DNA of 64,000 nt from Psammoneis japonica (lineage: Eukaryota): NCBI GenBank assembly GCA_008632985.1, contig QPGO01000133.1, positions 62,001 through 126,000 on the forward strand, given 5' to 3'. The notes under the pieces are model-generated. The model saw only the letters and a list, made by a program, of their open reading frames with translations. It did not search any database and had not been told where the DNA came from. Of this stretch, positions 35,030 through 48,391 are shown piece after piece (position 1 is the stretch's first letter; every line of letters starts with the position of its first letter). A program made the translations under genes and the position numbers.

Positions 35030-37192
35030 CTATAGCAAATGAGACAGCTGCTGCTGTCCATCTTGGTGGCCTCTGATTAATCTTGATTCGTTGGCAGGTT
35101 CGGAACCGTCGCCTCTGCTGCCCAAGGCAATGCCTCGACCCTCAAATGGACCCATGCTAGAAGACTGACCTCTAGAAGAAACCAACCTAAAGAGATTCCG
35201 ACCAAGGACCTTGGCGTGGTCCAAGATTGTCCACCCAAAAACAGCAGCAAAAATGCCACCGCCTCCGGTTTCATCCAAATCGTACACGTGCTTTATTACC
35301 AAGCAAGTTGCCAGCAGCTGAATCAAGATTCGAAACATCCACAAACACAGGACCATTGCCCAAGTGGCCGTGTCGTGCCAAAAAAAGATGCTCCTCGTGG
35401 ACCAAACAGCCAACCAACCGGATAACGTCATGGAATCGGTAATGATCAGTACAATAGACGTCACCACATAGCCCTTGTAAAGGGTATTTAATCGATCCGT
35501 CTCGTCAGTTTGTTGCTTGCCGCTGCCACTCTTGACTGTCGTGCACCAGTCTTTGTGACGACCCACAGCACACCAAAACAACAGTGTCACCAAACAATAC
35601 GACAAGGCGATGCTTCTGCTTTTAAAATGCCACATACCCGCAACTCCAATGAATGCCATGGCGTTCCGCACGTAGAGTAAGGTTGAATGAAAAAGCTCGT
35701 CATCATTGTGTTCATGTCGTCGCCCTAACCTAATGCCGCCCCATCGATTGTCGGATTGCTCAGCTAGTTCTTCATCATCATGGTGGCCAGGTAGTAGTCT
35801 CTCAATGGGCGCGGGTAGTTTGAAAAGCGGCGGACTCCGTCCAAAGGAATAGTGCAGTACCAAAATAAAGGGCAACAATACCGCGGGTTGTATATACTCG
35901 AGCGGCAAGAACTTCCAATGCAACAAGAATCCAATAATAATTCCCGACAAGTGTCCCAAAAAGGAGACACGCTTCATGATGAATTGTGCCACAATCAATT
36001 GAATCAGGGGACTTAAGTTGAATTTCAAACCCCAAAACAAACTATAGGTTTCAAAACAAACGTCTGGAAACATGGGTATCGGACACGTTGCATCCGTTCG
36101 TTCCAAACACGAAACCACCATCCATGCAAACAAAATTCCGGAATAACCCACGGTGCTCGTGTGACGGTGTTCGTGATTCGATTCATATCGAATTCGAGCA
36201 TACACCAACATTAAAAAGACACATGTCGTCAGAGGAATGAGTGAAACATTGTACAAGAGAAATTCAATGCTTGGATAAACACCAAAATTTTCCAATTCTT
36301 GTCCAAGACTGTACAGACTCATCATGTTGAAGGCGATATGCAAGGCATCAAAATGAGCCGTGGCACCGGAAAAACTTCTCCACAATTCGTGGTTATTCAG
36401 AATTTTGCAATACACCTTGGCAACACTGCTGGGATGGACGTGACAATTCCAATACACGACAGCCAACCCAATGTTGAGTGCCAAGAGCAAGACGGTTGCA
36501 GGATGTCTCAAGAAAAAATCCAACGATTGATTTCTTTTTCTATAATTGCTCGAGAGTTTGTTGGGATTTTTCCGGACACCCTCCAGAATATTGGCTTTTT
36601 CTTCTTGTTGTTGCGCTCTTGTTGTATCGGTTTCCGGCAGCAATCGAGTAGTTGCCGTAGTAGTAAACCGCGACTTTAGAAACGACGATGACTTTTCTCG
36701 CTCAAAACAAAAGACCTCGAGAAACTCGTCAGTGTCGATTCGTTTCCAGTTACCACTGGTCGGGTACAACAGATTGCTATTACTTTCCGCAGATGAACAC
36801 GCAATCATGTTCTCATTTTCGTCCACAACACACCACGTTTTGTTCTTGTATATAATTTTTTGATTTCTATTACTGTCGTCGTTTTGTTGCGGTGGATGCC
36901 AATATTGTCTTTGAGCCGACTGTTTGAGAGCACTTGCGACTTGTACAATCGACGGCCATGCGGCGTTATTTCCTGATGATGATGATTCGAGCACATCGTG
37001 GTCATTTACATTCATAAAAGGATTCCGTACATAGGCACCTTGAAAAGCCTTTTCCTTTATCCAACATGTCGGTACATATAGTATGCTTGTCGAGTGAATG
37101 TAGTATCGTAAATGAGCAAAGGTCAAGAGAACTGGAAGTACCACGGTGAAGAATGCCAAACAACATGCCGCCTTTACAACTTGTATTGGCAT
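35030..37192 (-). CDS. Rhomboid-family intramembrane serine protease
   Basis: 720-aa ORF with ELWR, HIAFNMMSL, catalytic GYSG and GHLSG motifs and several TM segments. Confidence 0.9.
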   Translation of the reverse strand: MPIQVVKAACCLAFFTVVLPVLLTFAHLRYYIHSTSILYVPTCWIKEKAFQGAYVRNPFMNVNDHDVLESSSSGNNAAWPSIVQVASALKQSAQRQYWHPPQQNDDSNRNQKIIYKNKTWCVVDENENMIACSSAESNSNLLYPTSGNWKRIDTDEFLEVFCFEREKSSSFLKSRFTTTATTRLLPETDTTRAQQQEEKANILEGVRKNPNKLSSNYRKRNQSLDFFLRHPATVLLLALNIGLAVVYWNCHVHPSSVAKVYCKILNNHELWRSFSGATAHFDALHIAFNMMSLYSLGQELENFGVYPSIEFLLYNVSLIPLTTCVFLMLVYARIRYESNHEHRHTSTVGYSGILFAWMVVSCLERTDATCPIPMFPDVCFETYSLFWGLKFNLSPLIQLIVAQFIMKRVSFLGHLSGIIIGFLLHWKFLPLEYIQPAVLLPFILVLHYSFGRSPPLFKLPAPIERLLPGHHDDEELAEQSDNRWGGIRLGRRHEHNDDELFHSTLLYVRNAMAFIGVAGMWHFKSRSIALSYCLVTLLFWCAVGRHKDWCTTVKSGSGKQQTDETDRLNTLYKGYVVTSIVLIITDSMTLSGWLAVWSTRSIFFWHDTATWAMVLCLWMFRILIQLLATCLVIKHVYDLDETGGGGIFAAVFGWTILDHAKVLGRNLFRLVSSRGQSSSMGPFEGRGIALGSRGDGSEPANESRLIRGHQDGQQQLSHLL

Positions 37193-37652
37193 TTTTGTGT
37201 GTGTGTGTGTGTGTGTAATTCAATAATCAGAATGTCTACTTCTTTGTTTCCTTACGCTGCCGGTAGCTTAAATAAAAGAGATATCGGTGTCAACACACAA
37301 TAGCAGCTGTTGCCCCGCATCATGGTGTGAACGCTGTTATGAACGCACCGCGATCCGCGAGTCGTGATTCGTGATTGACTGCCCAATCGTGCCCGCTTGT
37401 CATCGTTGATCGAAGGTTTGATGATTGTGACAGATGATCCCAATATCGTGTGAGACAAAAGGTCGAATAATGCCCAAGAGAAAAACCCTCTATAGTCGAG
37501 TTGGTTATAATTTGAATATACTATGAAATCTTGTTTATCTGTTAGATTAGCATCTAAAGTACAGAAGAGCAATGAGCCAAGTCTGCGTGGTGCGTCAACT
37601 AACCAACCACGACATGGCCGCCTTGAACAACATAGGCCTACAATAACGATGT

Positions 37653-38769
37653 TTATAGCGCAGGAGCATCCACACCAGCGGCCGTGTACTTGTCATAGAC
37701 AATTTGCACATCACGCTTTCCACCCATGATAATGGGACACTTGGCGTGAATCTCATCGGGCGTGAGTTCCAAGACACGTCCCACTTTTCCCTCGAAAAGA
37801 CCCGTGGACGCCACTCCATCGGCTTGTTCAATAATCATGGCCATGGGAATGCCTTCGTACAAGAGACGCAATTTGCCCTTGGGTGATTTCTTGTCGGCGG
37901 GGTACAAGTAGATGCCTCCGTAAAGGATGGTGCGATGAATGTCGGCCACCATACTTCCGACATAACGGGCGGCATACGACTCTGTCTTGAAGTGCTCGAC
38001 GGCATCCAACAGAGGCTGATCCCAATGCTTGGAGTTTCCCTCGTTACAGGAAAAGATTTTCTTTCCTCCATCGGAAGGAAACTTCATATCGGGTCTTGTA
38101 TGAACAAATTCCCCAATGGTGGGATCCAAACAAAACCCGTGAACCTTGCCTCCCCGAAAGGTAAAGACCATTTCCACGGCCGAACTGTACGCCACGTATC
38201 CTGCACAAATGCAATGCGCCCCACTCCGCAACAAATCCTTGGCGGTCCCGTCACTTCCGGGAGCACGCTCGTAGACGGAAAAAATAGTCCCCACACTGAC
38301 GTTGCAATCAATGTTGGACGACCCATCGAGCGGATCAAAGGCAACACAGAATTTACCGGATTTGCCCGGCGGAACGACGATGGGTTCTTCGTTTTCTTCG
38401 CTCACCAATACGGAACACACACCGGAATTGACGAGTGCGTTAATCATCATTTCGTTGCTCAACACGTCGAGCTTTTTTTGATCGTCACCCGTGGAATTGA
38501 CTTCACCGGCCAAACCGTAGAGTTGAGCGACACCGGCGCGTTTGACCGCCGACGTAATGAGCTTGCACGATGTGGCAATGGCATTCATTAAAATGACCAA
38601 ATCGTGATCGTTGCTCTGGCTCATGACGAACCGATTCAACGTGGGGGCGTCCTGAATTTGAAACAAGAAAATGATCAAGAAGAATGTTGTTAGAAGTATT
38701 CAAAATAGCGCATCCGATAGAGAGAACGCAAGTCATAAAGCGACGTACCGCATCAAACTGTTCCGTCAT
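37653..38769 (-). CDS. FBP: Fructose-1,6-bisphosphatase class I, probably cytosolic (exons 38749-38769 and 37653-38651)
   Basis: GDDQKKLDV, VSEE, FDPLDGSSNID, RYVGSMVAD, GKLRLLYE. Exon 1 MTEQFDA, then a 97-nt GT...CAG intron in frame. No signal peptide. Confidence 0.95.
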
Positions 38770-41700
38770 GGTTCTTTTTCTTTTTTTATTGTTATTACAG
38801 AACAATCGCTTCTTACTATGATGCGAGAGACACACAACGCCAGATGCAACAGCAAATCAAACACCACGTACTCGTGTGTGTCGTCGACGAACCCTCTTTT
38901 TATTCTTGTCGTGTGTTTGCATTCGTATGTTCGTGTGTGTTGGTACTGCCTCTGTAGAATTCTACATAAAATTTCAAAATTCAATTGACTGACGACAGTC
39001 AACCACGTACCGTACGATGGCTACGTACGTACATGCTGGTAATTTTGCCACGTGAAAAAATGGCGGGAAAAATGAAAAAGGAACACGACACATACAAAAG
39101 AGCAGAGCACGGCCACACAGACAGACAAAAAAAAGTTGGGTGCTTTGAATGAAGATGCACGCATTGAAAATGGAGGGCAACATGTTTTTACATGACGGTT
39201 GTTTGTTTCTTACTTGGGAATGTCTTTTATGCACAATGTTTTGGTCAAGTCTGGTGTGACATGCACAAGCCCACAAAGGACATCATCCGCTGGCACTTGT
39301 GGCACAAATTTGGGGGTTTTCAGCCATGACACCCACCCACGCACATGGTGATGGCACACAACTGCCAGCAGGCCTGGTCCTTCAATGTGACTTGAGTGCC
39401 CTCCATGTCAAAAAAAAAGCCATGACAGCTTGAACATCCACAAGTTCATCAGCAGACGACTGCAGCACACAAAAGAGGCAGGAAGAAACCCTGGGCGCCA
39501 AGGCGAAGCACAGCATGGAGTCGGCAGGTTCGTCTGACTCCGGTGTCAGCACCAACTCTGCTTCATCACTTTGTGCCAGGAAGAGGAGCAAGACATCAAA
39601 ATCAAAATGAAAGTTGCCCAGCAGAGAACCACTTGAAGCTCCGAGACCAAGCAATTGACGCAGGAGAAAAATGGGAAACTTGGCCTGGAACAAAATCACG
39701 GTCTTTGTCCAATGAAGAAGCTTGTGTGTGTGCGTCAATTGTTGCCAAGCATTTGCATGATGAGTTGTTGCCTCCATTGAGTGGATGTCAGTTGGTTGAG
39801 CCAGCCGAAGAAGGATGATGGAAAATCTCAAGGAGGTTGATCGTCTGGCGAAAACTCCGCCCAGAATGTGAGGGCCAGGACAAGATTGACGGGGAGTGGG
39901 CTGTGTTTGATGAACAAAATGGGGGGGGGACAAGCATGCAATGCTCTGTTGCTGCAGCAGCACTTTGGTTTGAGTCTCTGATGCCTGCGGAATGGCCCAG
40001 CAGTGATGGCATGCAGGAGGCCTCAAGATTGCAAAAATGGGCGCCAGCCCCAGACTCAAAGCCAAGCAACGAGAGGAAGCTGTGGCTGTTTGAGTTGTGG
40101 GGATCATTGTGAAGATGGACTGGTGAGGGACAGATGGGAGGCCAAGGATGGAGGACAGATGGATGATGTGACAAGATCCCAGACATGTCCAATCCACCCA
40201 CAGTTCACTTGGCAGAGTCAGCATCAGAGGGGTTGCAACTGTGGTCCACTGTGGCAACCATGTCTCATTGCAAAATTGTCACTCTGGTTGCAATCATCAA
40301 GGTTCTGAGAGGTGACATGTGTCCCCCATGTGTTTCTTGTGTCAAACTCTGTGCTTGTTGTTGGTTGACCATTGTTGGAATGGTTGGCGGTGGTGGCCAC
40401 GCCAAGAGGTGGGCAGAGTGGAGGACAGAGCTCTGGAGGGTGGAAGATGTGGCATGCTCTTTGTCAGTGGTGGTGATGATGATGGGGCAATGGGGGGTTC
40501 TCCAAATGACCATGGAGGCATTGGGTAAAGAGAAAGTGTGTCACACAGCAGCTTCTCACAAAGAGCGTCCATCTTGTTGGGGGCAGAACCTGCAACTTTC
40601 CACAGATCCTTCAAAGAGTGAGCCAAGCAAATCAGACCATGCCAGTGGCAGCTGGATCATTGCCACGCCAATGGTCTTTGACAAAATTGCAGCCAGCAGT
40701 GATCTTGCAAACATTGGTCCCATGATGATGTGAACAAATGTCAATGGATGGACAAATTGGACCAAAAGGTCTGGAATGATGACCTTTGCTGAAGCAGGCT
40801 CAAGCCAGAGCAAGGTCCACTCAAGTGGAGATGACGAGTCCATGTTTTCCCACAGCTGACAGCTCAAATTTGCTGTTTTGCCACAGGATCGTTCCCCTTG
40901 AGTTTGACAACCATGAGCCACAGGGCACATGCTTGGGAATGTGCTTGCCATTGTGTGATGGGGGCTCCTGTGTGGCACCTTCTTTGCATGTCACATGGGA
41001 GCCCAACTTGCATGTGGCCTTGTGCGGGCTTCCATGTTGCCCACAAATGTGCCCCTCAACTGAGAAAAAAATCATTGGAGAGTGTCTCATGAAAACTCTT
41101 TCTTCTCAAGTCATGTTGCAAGTTCAAATGAAACTTGCACAAAGGATCGATGAATGCACTCAATGGGTGCTGTCATCAGCCACAGTTTTCATGTTGGAAG
41201 CACCTTCTTGAGGATGAGAACTTGGATGATTTGCAGATCTTGCAGCAGCAGCAGCAGCAGCAGCAAAAGAGCCAGCGCTGGCTTCTGTTGTCACAGACAA
41301 ACCAGCGGCAGTGACAATGGAGTCAGCAGCAGTGGCAGTCATGACAGGTGCCAATCCACTGCCAGCTGCAAGAACCAAAACAACCAACAACATCTGGTGC
41401 ACCACCACAAAGTGCAGCTGCACAAGCCAAGGGTTCAAACTCTCAAATTTGTTGAATTTCAAAGAGAAAAAAGTTTGCAGTGCCATCCGTTGTCCGTTGT
41501 CATTTCATCCCAGGGGAACAAGAAGATGCGTGATGCAGCGCAGCACCATCATCTGTCCTGGTTCCTGGTCCACCACGATTGGGTGCGAGGTGCAAAAACC
41601 AAACAACAACACCCAAGAGAACACTTGTGCTGGAGGCCAACGTCATTGTTGTGCTGGGGCATGCACTGCACTTCCTCCAACAGCAAGATGTTGAATTGAT

Positions 41701-44399
41701 GCTGCACTTGAGCTTCATTGGAACACAAACAAGTGTGGCGCACCACAAACACTGCTTTGCATTTTGGACTTTCCATGCAGCAAAACAGACCAAGCCCTCT
41801 TTGGAAACTGAGACCTGCAGTGCCAACAAAAAAAATGCCAGGTGGAAACCGAGCAGATTGTTCCATCCCTTGCATGAGAAGAATGACAAAATGCAGAAAC
41901 GAACGGATGATTGAAGCCAGCCAAGTGGGTGAACTGGTGGGAACGTCGTTCGTGTCAGGCGCAGCCCCTGTTTCCCGACAACTTGTTTCTGTTGTTTTCT
42001 TGAAAAGCGTGCCAGTTGGCTGTGGTTTTCAGGGACGAGGCAACAAGAGAGCAACTGCCGGCGTGCTTTGGCCAGGGAGGGTCACTTCAAGGACCAAAAA
42101 TCAGGGGCTCGCATGGGGCTGAAACTCATGGTGTGAAAAAGGTCAAGTTCGAAGAGTGCGCATCCTGCAAGGCAACTCTGTTGACGGCCAAACACAATCT
42201 TGAAGCTGATGATGGGGAAGAGCACATCCGAGCATGTGTTCAATTCACAGAGACCGGTGCGACAGATGTTGCAATGCCTGATGGAGGCTGCAAGCTGACA
42301 GATTGCATCCAAGTGCAACCTGCGACTGAGGACATTGCGGCAATTCATGCACAAGATGATGATGTTTCTTTTGGCACCAAAGAAAGGGCTGCAGTGCACA
42401 CCATCACCAAGGTGTCTCTTTCCTGTTTGTCCAAGCCCCAAAGACTTTTGAGCTGAAAAGGGGGCACAAGATCGGAGTGGCTGTTTGTCGCTTGCATGAC
42501 ATTGGCCACAAGGATGCCGAAGCCCCGTCATTGATGGCTTGGTGGCTGGGTGTGGGCCAAGGCAACAAGCCTGCATTCACACGGGAGAAGTCACAGAAAT
42601 TTCTGAGAACGGCAAAACCTTTGGTCACAATGTCAACACTTTTTAAGGTTGCTCTGGTGCTCTTGTCTTTCTCCTTGACAAAGGACAGCCCGACAATTTG
42701 GGTTCAGACTTGTGTGGCCTGGCAGTTGGTGTTCACAGTGGGGGGCTCAACATCAGCAACAACCTTGCGTTTGAGCTGCTTTAACTGCTGTCAAGATGGA
42801 TTCCTGGCTGCTTTGCTGCCAAAATTTTTGCTGGCTCAGATTGCCAGCATGTCTTGTCATGCCTGCAGAGACCTGTCTGTGGAGCCGTCTGTTTTTTCAG
42901 GGACACAACACACATCAGCTTCTGCATTTTCAGGTTGAGCCAAAGAAGAAGGAACAGATTGTTTTTTGTGCTGGTGAACAGTGGTGTCATGGCAGGAGGT
43001 GTGCACAAAACTGAAGAGGGGGTCTGAGAATCTGGGACAATCTTTGCACACAATCCACCAAACACTGCAGGAGAGGCACTGGAGTGAAAATGCCCATTCA
43101 CAGGGGCACTTGTCAAAAGAAATTTGGGGCACAATTCCTGGCACTGAGGGCACTGGAGCAACTTTGTGGGGCAGTTTCTGCACAAAACACAGCAGACAGT
43201 GAAGCAGGGCCACAGCTTTGAAGGACATGCTGGAGAGAGCTGGCCTGAACACAGTGTCGGGTGGGTTCTGGCTGGGTGGAGTGTGCGCCACAATGGGAAA
43301 ATGACAGGGTGACAAAACAGAAGATGGCAGGTGCTGCAAAAAATTGTGCTGATGGGCAAAGGCATGTCATCAACAGAGAGGACATCACTGCAAGGAAAGG
43401 AGGTGGCAGCACCTTCAAAGAGGGGCTGGAAAGAACAAATGTGATGCAGAGCAGAGAGCAGCTCACAACAAAGGATGCTCTCACATTGTCGTGCAAGACC
43501 AAGACAGGATTGACACGCTGAGAGAGCCAGCTTCACCCATGCAGACTGGCCCAATGGAGGGATTTGATGACAACACAGACTTCCACATTGGCAGATCAAC
43601 CTCACTTTCTCCTCACAGCTTGACACACAATGTTGCAGCAGCAGGCCCCAGTCTGCATTTTCATCTTGTTTGGCAAAACTTCTGCACACACTGTCATTCA
43701 AAACGGCTTCTTTGCAGCCTTGCAAGAGCTTGCACTTGAGTGTCACAACAGGCAAGCCACAGATGAAGGGATTGCCCAGGTTTGCAACTTTTGTGATGTC
43801 TGCTTTGAGAGGTCTGTTGCTGTCAAAGCAGAAAAGGAGGATGACTTCAACCATCATGTCAACAGCTTGAGGAGCATTGGCCAAGGAGACTTTGCCAAAA
43901 CTTGAGAAGCCCTGCAAGCTGCTCATTAAATTTCAGTCATTTGCATTTTCTTTGACACATTTCATCATTGTGACCGATGTTTTCATTGTTCCATTTTTTG
44001 CCAGAAAAAGAATTTGAGAATTTTGCAGCTTCTCCTCATGCCTTTTGCTGATCATGGCTGATCTGTTGTTTGTTGGTTGTCACGTGGTGACGAATGTTGT
44101 GTGACAGGAATGAAACGTGGTGGTGCAATGCTCAGATCAGTTTGCTGTGTTGTCATCTGCATCACATTGTTCATTTTGTGACAGGTTTGGATGGATGCTG
44201 GACAGACGGAGGGAGAGTGCGTGGTGTTGGGTGCTGCAGCGTGCGTGCGGCGCATGTGAGACATGGAAAGAACATGGCAGAAATTGGTGATGAGTGCATC
44301 ACATTGTGTTTTTTTTCAACAGAGCGTTGCATGGAGTGCAACAAACAGTTCACAAATGCAGCCAACATGAGCAACAACAGAAGTGCAAAAATCACAGAC

Positions 44400-44790
44400 G
44401 ACGCGTTCCAGCCCCAGGGTGGGACTCCGTGTGACATTGGGCCCGTAGAATTCTACGTGCGAGCTCCGTAGTACGAGAATTTAATCAATGGATATATTTG
44501 TCTTCAACATCAAATAAACGGCCAAGTTTGTGGTACAATTATGCCTCTTACCACTCGACGTTTTTGCAAATGCGCCTGCCCTACGCGATTCTTATGACAT
44601 TATAGAATCGCGCTGTAACAAAAAATGTCAAAAGTTGTTGGACGGATCGCTCAATAAGTGTACCGTAAAATGACACAAAATGTCGAAAAAATCACGTAGA
44701 AATCTACGTGCGCGACATACGACGTGATTCAAAAAACTGTCGATGTCACAGTTCAGCAGTGCGAGGTCCCACCTAGACCTGGAACGCGTC
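44400..44790 (-). mobile_element. MITE family A copy, well preserved, TSD AGAC
   Basis: GACGCGTTCCAG...GGTGGGAC TIRs; AGAC at 44396-44399 and 44791-44794; TA-rich interior. Confidence 0.92.
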
Positions 44791-46249
44791 AGACCCCCCC
44801 CTTGACCATGCTCATGCCATCCTCACAAAAAAGCAAGCCTCAATTTTCTCTCCCTGCTTCTGCTGCCACCTTCTTTGTGCTCCACACATGGAGTGCACTG
44901 GAGGTCATTTCTGGCCACCTCAGATGTTGCTGCTTGCCTGCTGTGAACTTCTGCTCTTTTCATCTTTTCCTTCTTTTTTGTCGCCGTTTCCTCCCGAGTG
45001 ACTGCAAATGACTGCATTTTGCATTTAACCCCTACATTTTACGCACACAAAGCATGCAGTCATCATTCAAAGACACATTTCTCAGATGAACAATTTCGCG
45101 TTGAAGCATGTCCAAATTAAATGCGAAACGATGGCGACTGTTGCAGGGCGGCAGACACATCAGATGCAGATGAGGGGTCATGCCATCAGTGTCGAACAGC
45201 AGCGTCAGGACCCAAATGATCCTGCGGAACAGCCCATGGCTGTGGAAGGCACCCATTTTGACAGAAGTTAAATGGGGGCAAAGTCATCGCTAAAATTGGT
45301 CCTCTGCGCAGAACTCCGCACGCGTTCATCTGTCCATCGCCAGTTCGCGCCAACATTTGGGGGAATGAACGAGTGGGCTGGTGTCTGCATCCTGAGTGAT
45401 CAATCATCGCAGATGAAGCAACAACGTCTGCTCCAACTGTGCAGAGCAACAAGAGACAACAACCAAGCACATGACAGCTCGCAGACACAGTCATTGAAGA
45501 GACACACTAATTCAACAGGAGATTTGGGCGTGTGCAAAAGCACAAATTTCTTGTGTGGTTGTGCATTTTCACTTCGATTGAAAAAAAAAACACGTTCGGG
45601 AGGAAACTGTTGAAATCCAAGTTGCTTGTTCTGTGCTGCTTGGCACCTTGCAGGTGACTGCGTGCATTCTTGAGCCGCCACCCTGCTGGTCAAGGCTGCG
45701 CCAAGTTGACTTGCTTCTCTTTGTGTGTGTGTGTGTGTGTGTCTTCTTCTTGACTTCACTCATGTCATCAGTTGTGCATTGAAACAGTTCTTTGTGAGGC
45801 AGATCTTGGCATCGCCAAAGCAGTCTCACAATTTTCCCCTTCTGGCATTTTCTTTGCCTCTTCCACCAGGTTCTTCAAGGCAAAGCTCACACCACCACTC
45901 TCCTCTCTGTGTGGGCTCTTGCCACCCCCCTGGCTTCTTCTTCTTGCTCTGTGCCTCTTGCAGCCACTGGCAAAGTGGCCAGACACTCTGTTTCTGCACA
46001 AGCTCCTTGCGTGCATGTTGCACTTTGTCTCACATGTTGTTCCTTGTCCTTGCGTGCAGCTGCCTTGCTGGCACTTGTGCAGTTGTTGGGTCTGCCCACT
46101 TTGACATCTGGGTTGCTTTTGCAAGCCGACTCTTGTTTCGCTCAAGCACACCAGGTGAATGAATGCTGCACAGGATGAGTGTGTCTTGCAGTGTGTCACA
46201 CAGGGAGTGTGCCCCCTGCTCTCTGGCCAAAGAGCTGAAAGAGGGTTGT

Positions 46250-46680
46250 GCACCTGACAAGCGATGAGAGCAGATGTGTTGCAAAGTGCTGTTGTGAAAA
46301 TTGTGAGCTGATTTGCTCCAGAAAAAGTGCGGTCATGCAAACAGGGAATCATGCCAAATTTCCTTTCACTCGGGTGTTTTGCACTGCATCAAAACCATCG
46401 CTGTTTGTGCGCCATGGATTGCACGGATCAGGCCATCACATGTCTTCCACGAGTGATGTTGCTGCCACTGGGGGCAGACAAAGTGTCAGTGCCATGTGCG
46501 CAGATGCTCCCAGCATTCCTCTGAAATCTCCCAACCAAGCCAAGGAGCCATGCCCCTTCCTTTTGGATCGTGTTCTCCCCCCCAAGGTGCATCTGAGCAC
46601 AGTGCTGCTCTGCCGCACACCAGAGGCCAGAGGCCAGTGCACAGCCTTGCCACTTTGGCCAGCAGATGTGTGCTGCAATG
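46250..46680 (-). repeat. Diverged solo LTR related to the Gypsy LTRs
   Basis: AGATGTGTTGC..GTTGTGAAAATTGTGAGCT, GGGAATC.TGCCAAAT, GCCATCAC, CACGAGTGATGT and GATGCTC are colinear with the reverse complement of 9669-10102. Ends approximate. Confidence 0.65.
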
Positions 46681-48391
46681 GACCTCTCCAATGACGCACA
46701 TTTTGCCTGAGTGAGCAACCTTTTTTCTTGTTGTTGGTGTCAGGGGAGACACCCACCCATGATCTCCAAATTCTTTGAAGCTTGAGTGACAAAGGTGGAG
46801 ACCTTGCTGTTTGAAGTGTGGCAAAGTGGCCTTGATGATTTGAGCACTTTGCTTTTGTTGCCACACAACAAAGTCTGGCAGGCAAAGAGCTCTGTCAAAG
46901 ATGGTTGGCTGCTTGGCCACAAAAAGAAGCACACAGGCACTTGTCAGTTGATGACAAAGCTGTCTCACAGCATCACAGTGATTGGAGTGAATGACTTGTC
47001 TGTTGTGGAGAAAAGGCTGAGACAGATTCAATTGTGTTCTGTTGGCTCTGTCTTTCTTTAGCTCAACATTGCAGCGGGGACAAGATGGCAAAACTGTGCA
47101 GCCAACAACGAACCAACCTTGCAGCTGCAAACACAGCCCCATTGACAGATCCTGGGTGCTCCACCTGTGTTGCTTGGTTGCCTGAACAGAGAGAAGGCAC
47201 TTCAAAAATTGGTGCACAAGCCCAACACCAAACTGAGTGCCCCACAGAAACAAAGCAAAAGACAGACATGGCAGGGTGACTGACAAACAAATTGGCTGCA
47301 GCAGGTGAAGACAGGATCACAGTGCAGTGCTGCACGCATTTCAGCACAGATTGGAGACCAACAAAGACAGTGGTCTGTGCCCCCCATGCAAGTGCAGATT
47401 TGTCTTCTGCAATCTGCTTCTGTGCAAACATCTGGTGCGCCAGAAGCTTTTTCTCATGATGTCAGGCTGCAATGTTGCTGAGCTCAAGTGTGAGTTTTGC
47501 CTTCTGACAATGTTTGGGTGCTGTCATCCTTCCATTGGATTGGAGCCAATCTGGCAACGTGGCAACCAGATGTCATGGAAGGGCTGTTGTTTGTGGCGGG
47601 GGATCTGGTGTGGCAGAAGATCGGGCAAAAAAACTGGGCAGTGTGTTTCTTCGTTGTTTTTTTCCAACAACCTTCAGAAGCCATGTGTGTTTGAAATGAA
47701 TGTGAGGGATTTAATGGTGATGCTCACTTTTTTTCTTGCAACCAGGGGCCGCTGTGGCTTTGATGTTTGTGAAAACTTGCTTTGCAGCTTTGCTCTGCTG
47801 CCAACTGCGCACGAAGAAAACAGCAGTGAAGCATGTGGGTCAACCACCAGTGCTCCATGTCATTGAGGTGACACCCACATGATCAAGTTCATTGCTTTTG
47901 TTCTACAGAGGTTATTTTCATCACCACAAGGTGACAACAATTGTGCCGTCGTGGGCGCTGAATGTCATGTTGGTTCGACAGCGATGCGTGCATTATCATG
48001 GCGAAATCCGGGAAATGTTTTTCTACCTTATTCGTATCGATAGTTTTGAAAAGAGTATCAAATATATCAATATTTTGAAAAGAACATAAATAACCGCTTA
48101 TTCGTATGACTGCATTACATATATATGAATATTCACTTTCCCATGATAGAACCACAGTAATTCCAAACAATACATAGAAGTTTGATAATACTGTAGTCCT
48201 TTCAACGGCTATCGAAAAACGGCAATCCGGCGGGTGCGGCCGAGGGATTTTGTGAAGCGTTCAGCCCGCCTCACCGCTCAGCCAGAGTGAATAACGCAAC
48301 GCATTTTTGCCGCACCTACTACCAGGTAGGTAGCACCTATTTTGAGTAGTCTATCCCAATTATCCGCCTATCACTTGAATTAGATTGCGAC

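Noticed and set aside
42781..43926. 381-aa minus-strand ORF
   Set aside because: Tyr-free, Cys-rich and without motifs, inside a TA/CG desert.
45723..45742. (TG)n tract as a converted (TA)n microsatellite
   Set aside because: A similar (TG)n lies at ~37197 in unmutated DNA, so there is no support for conversion.
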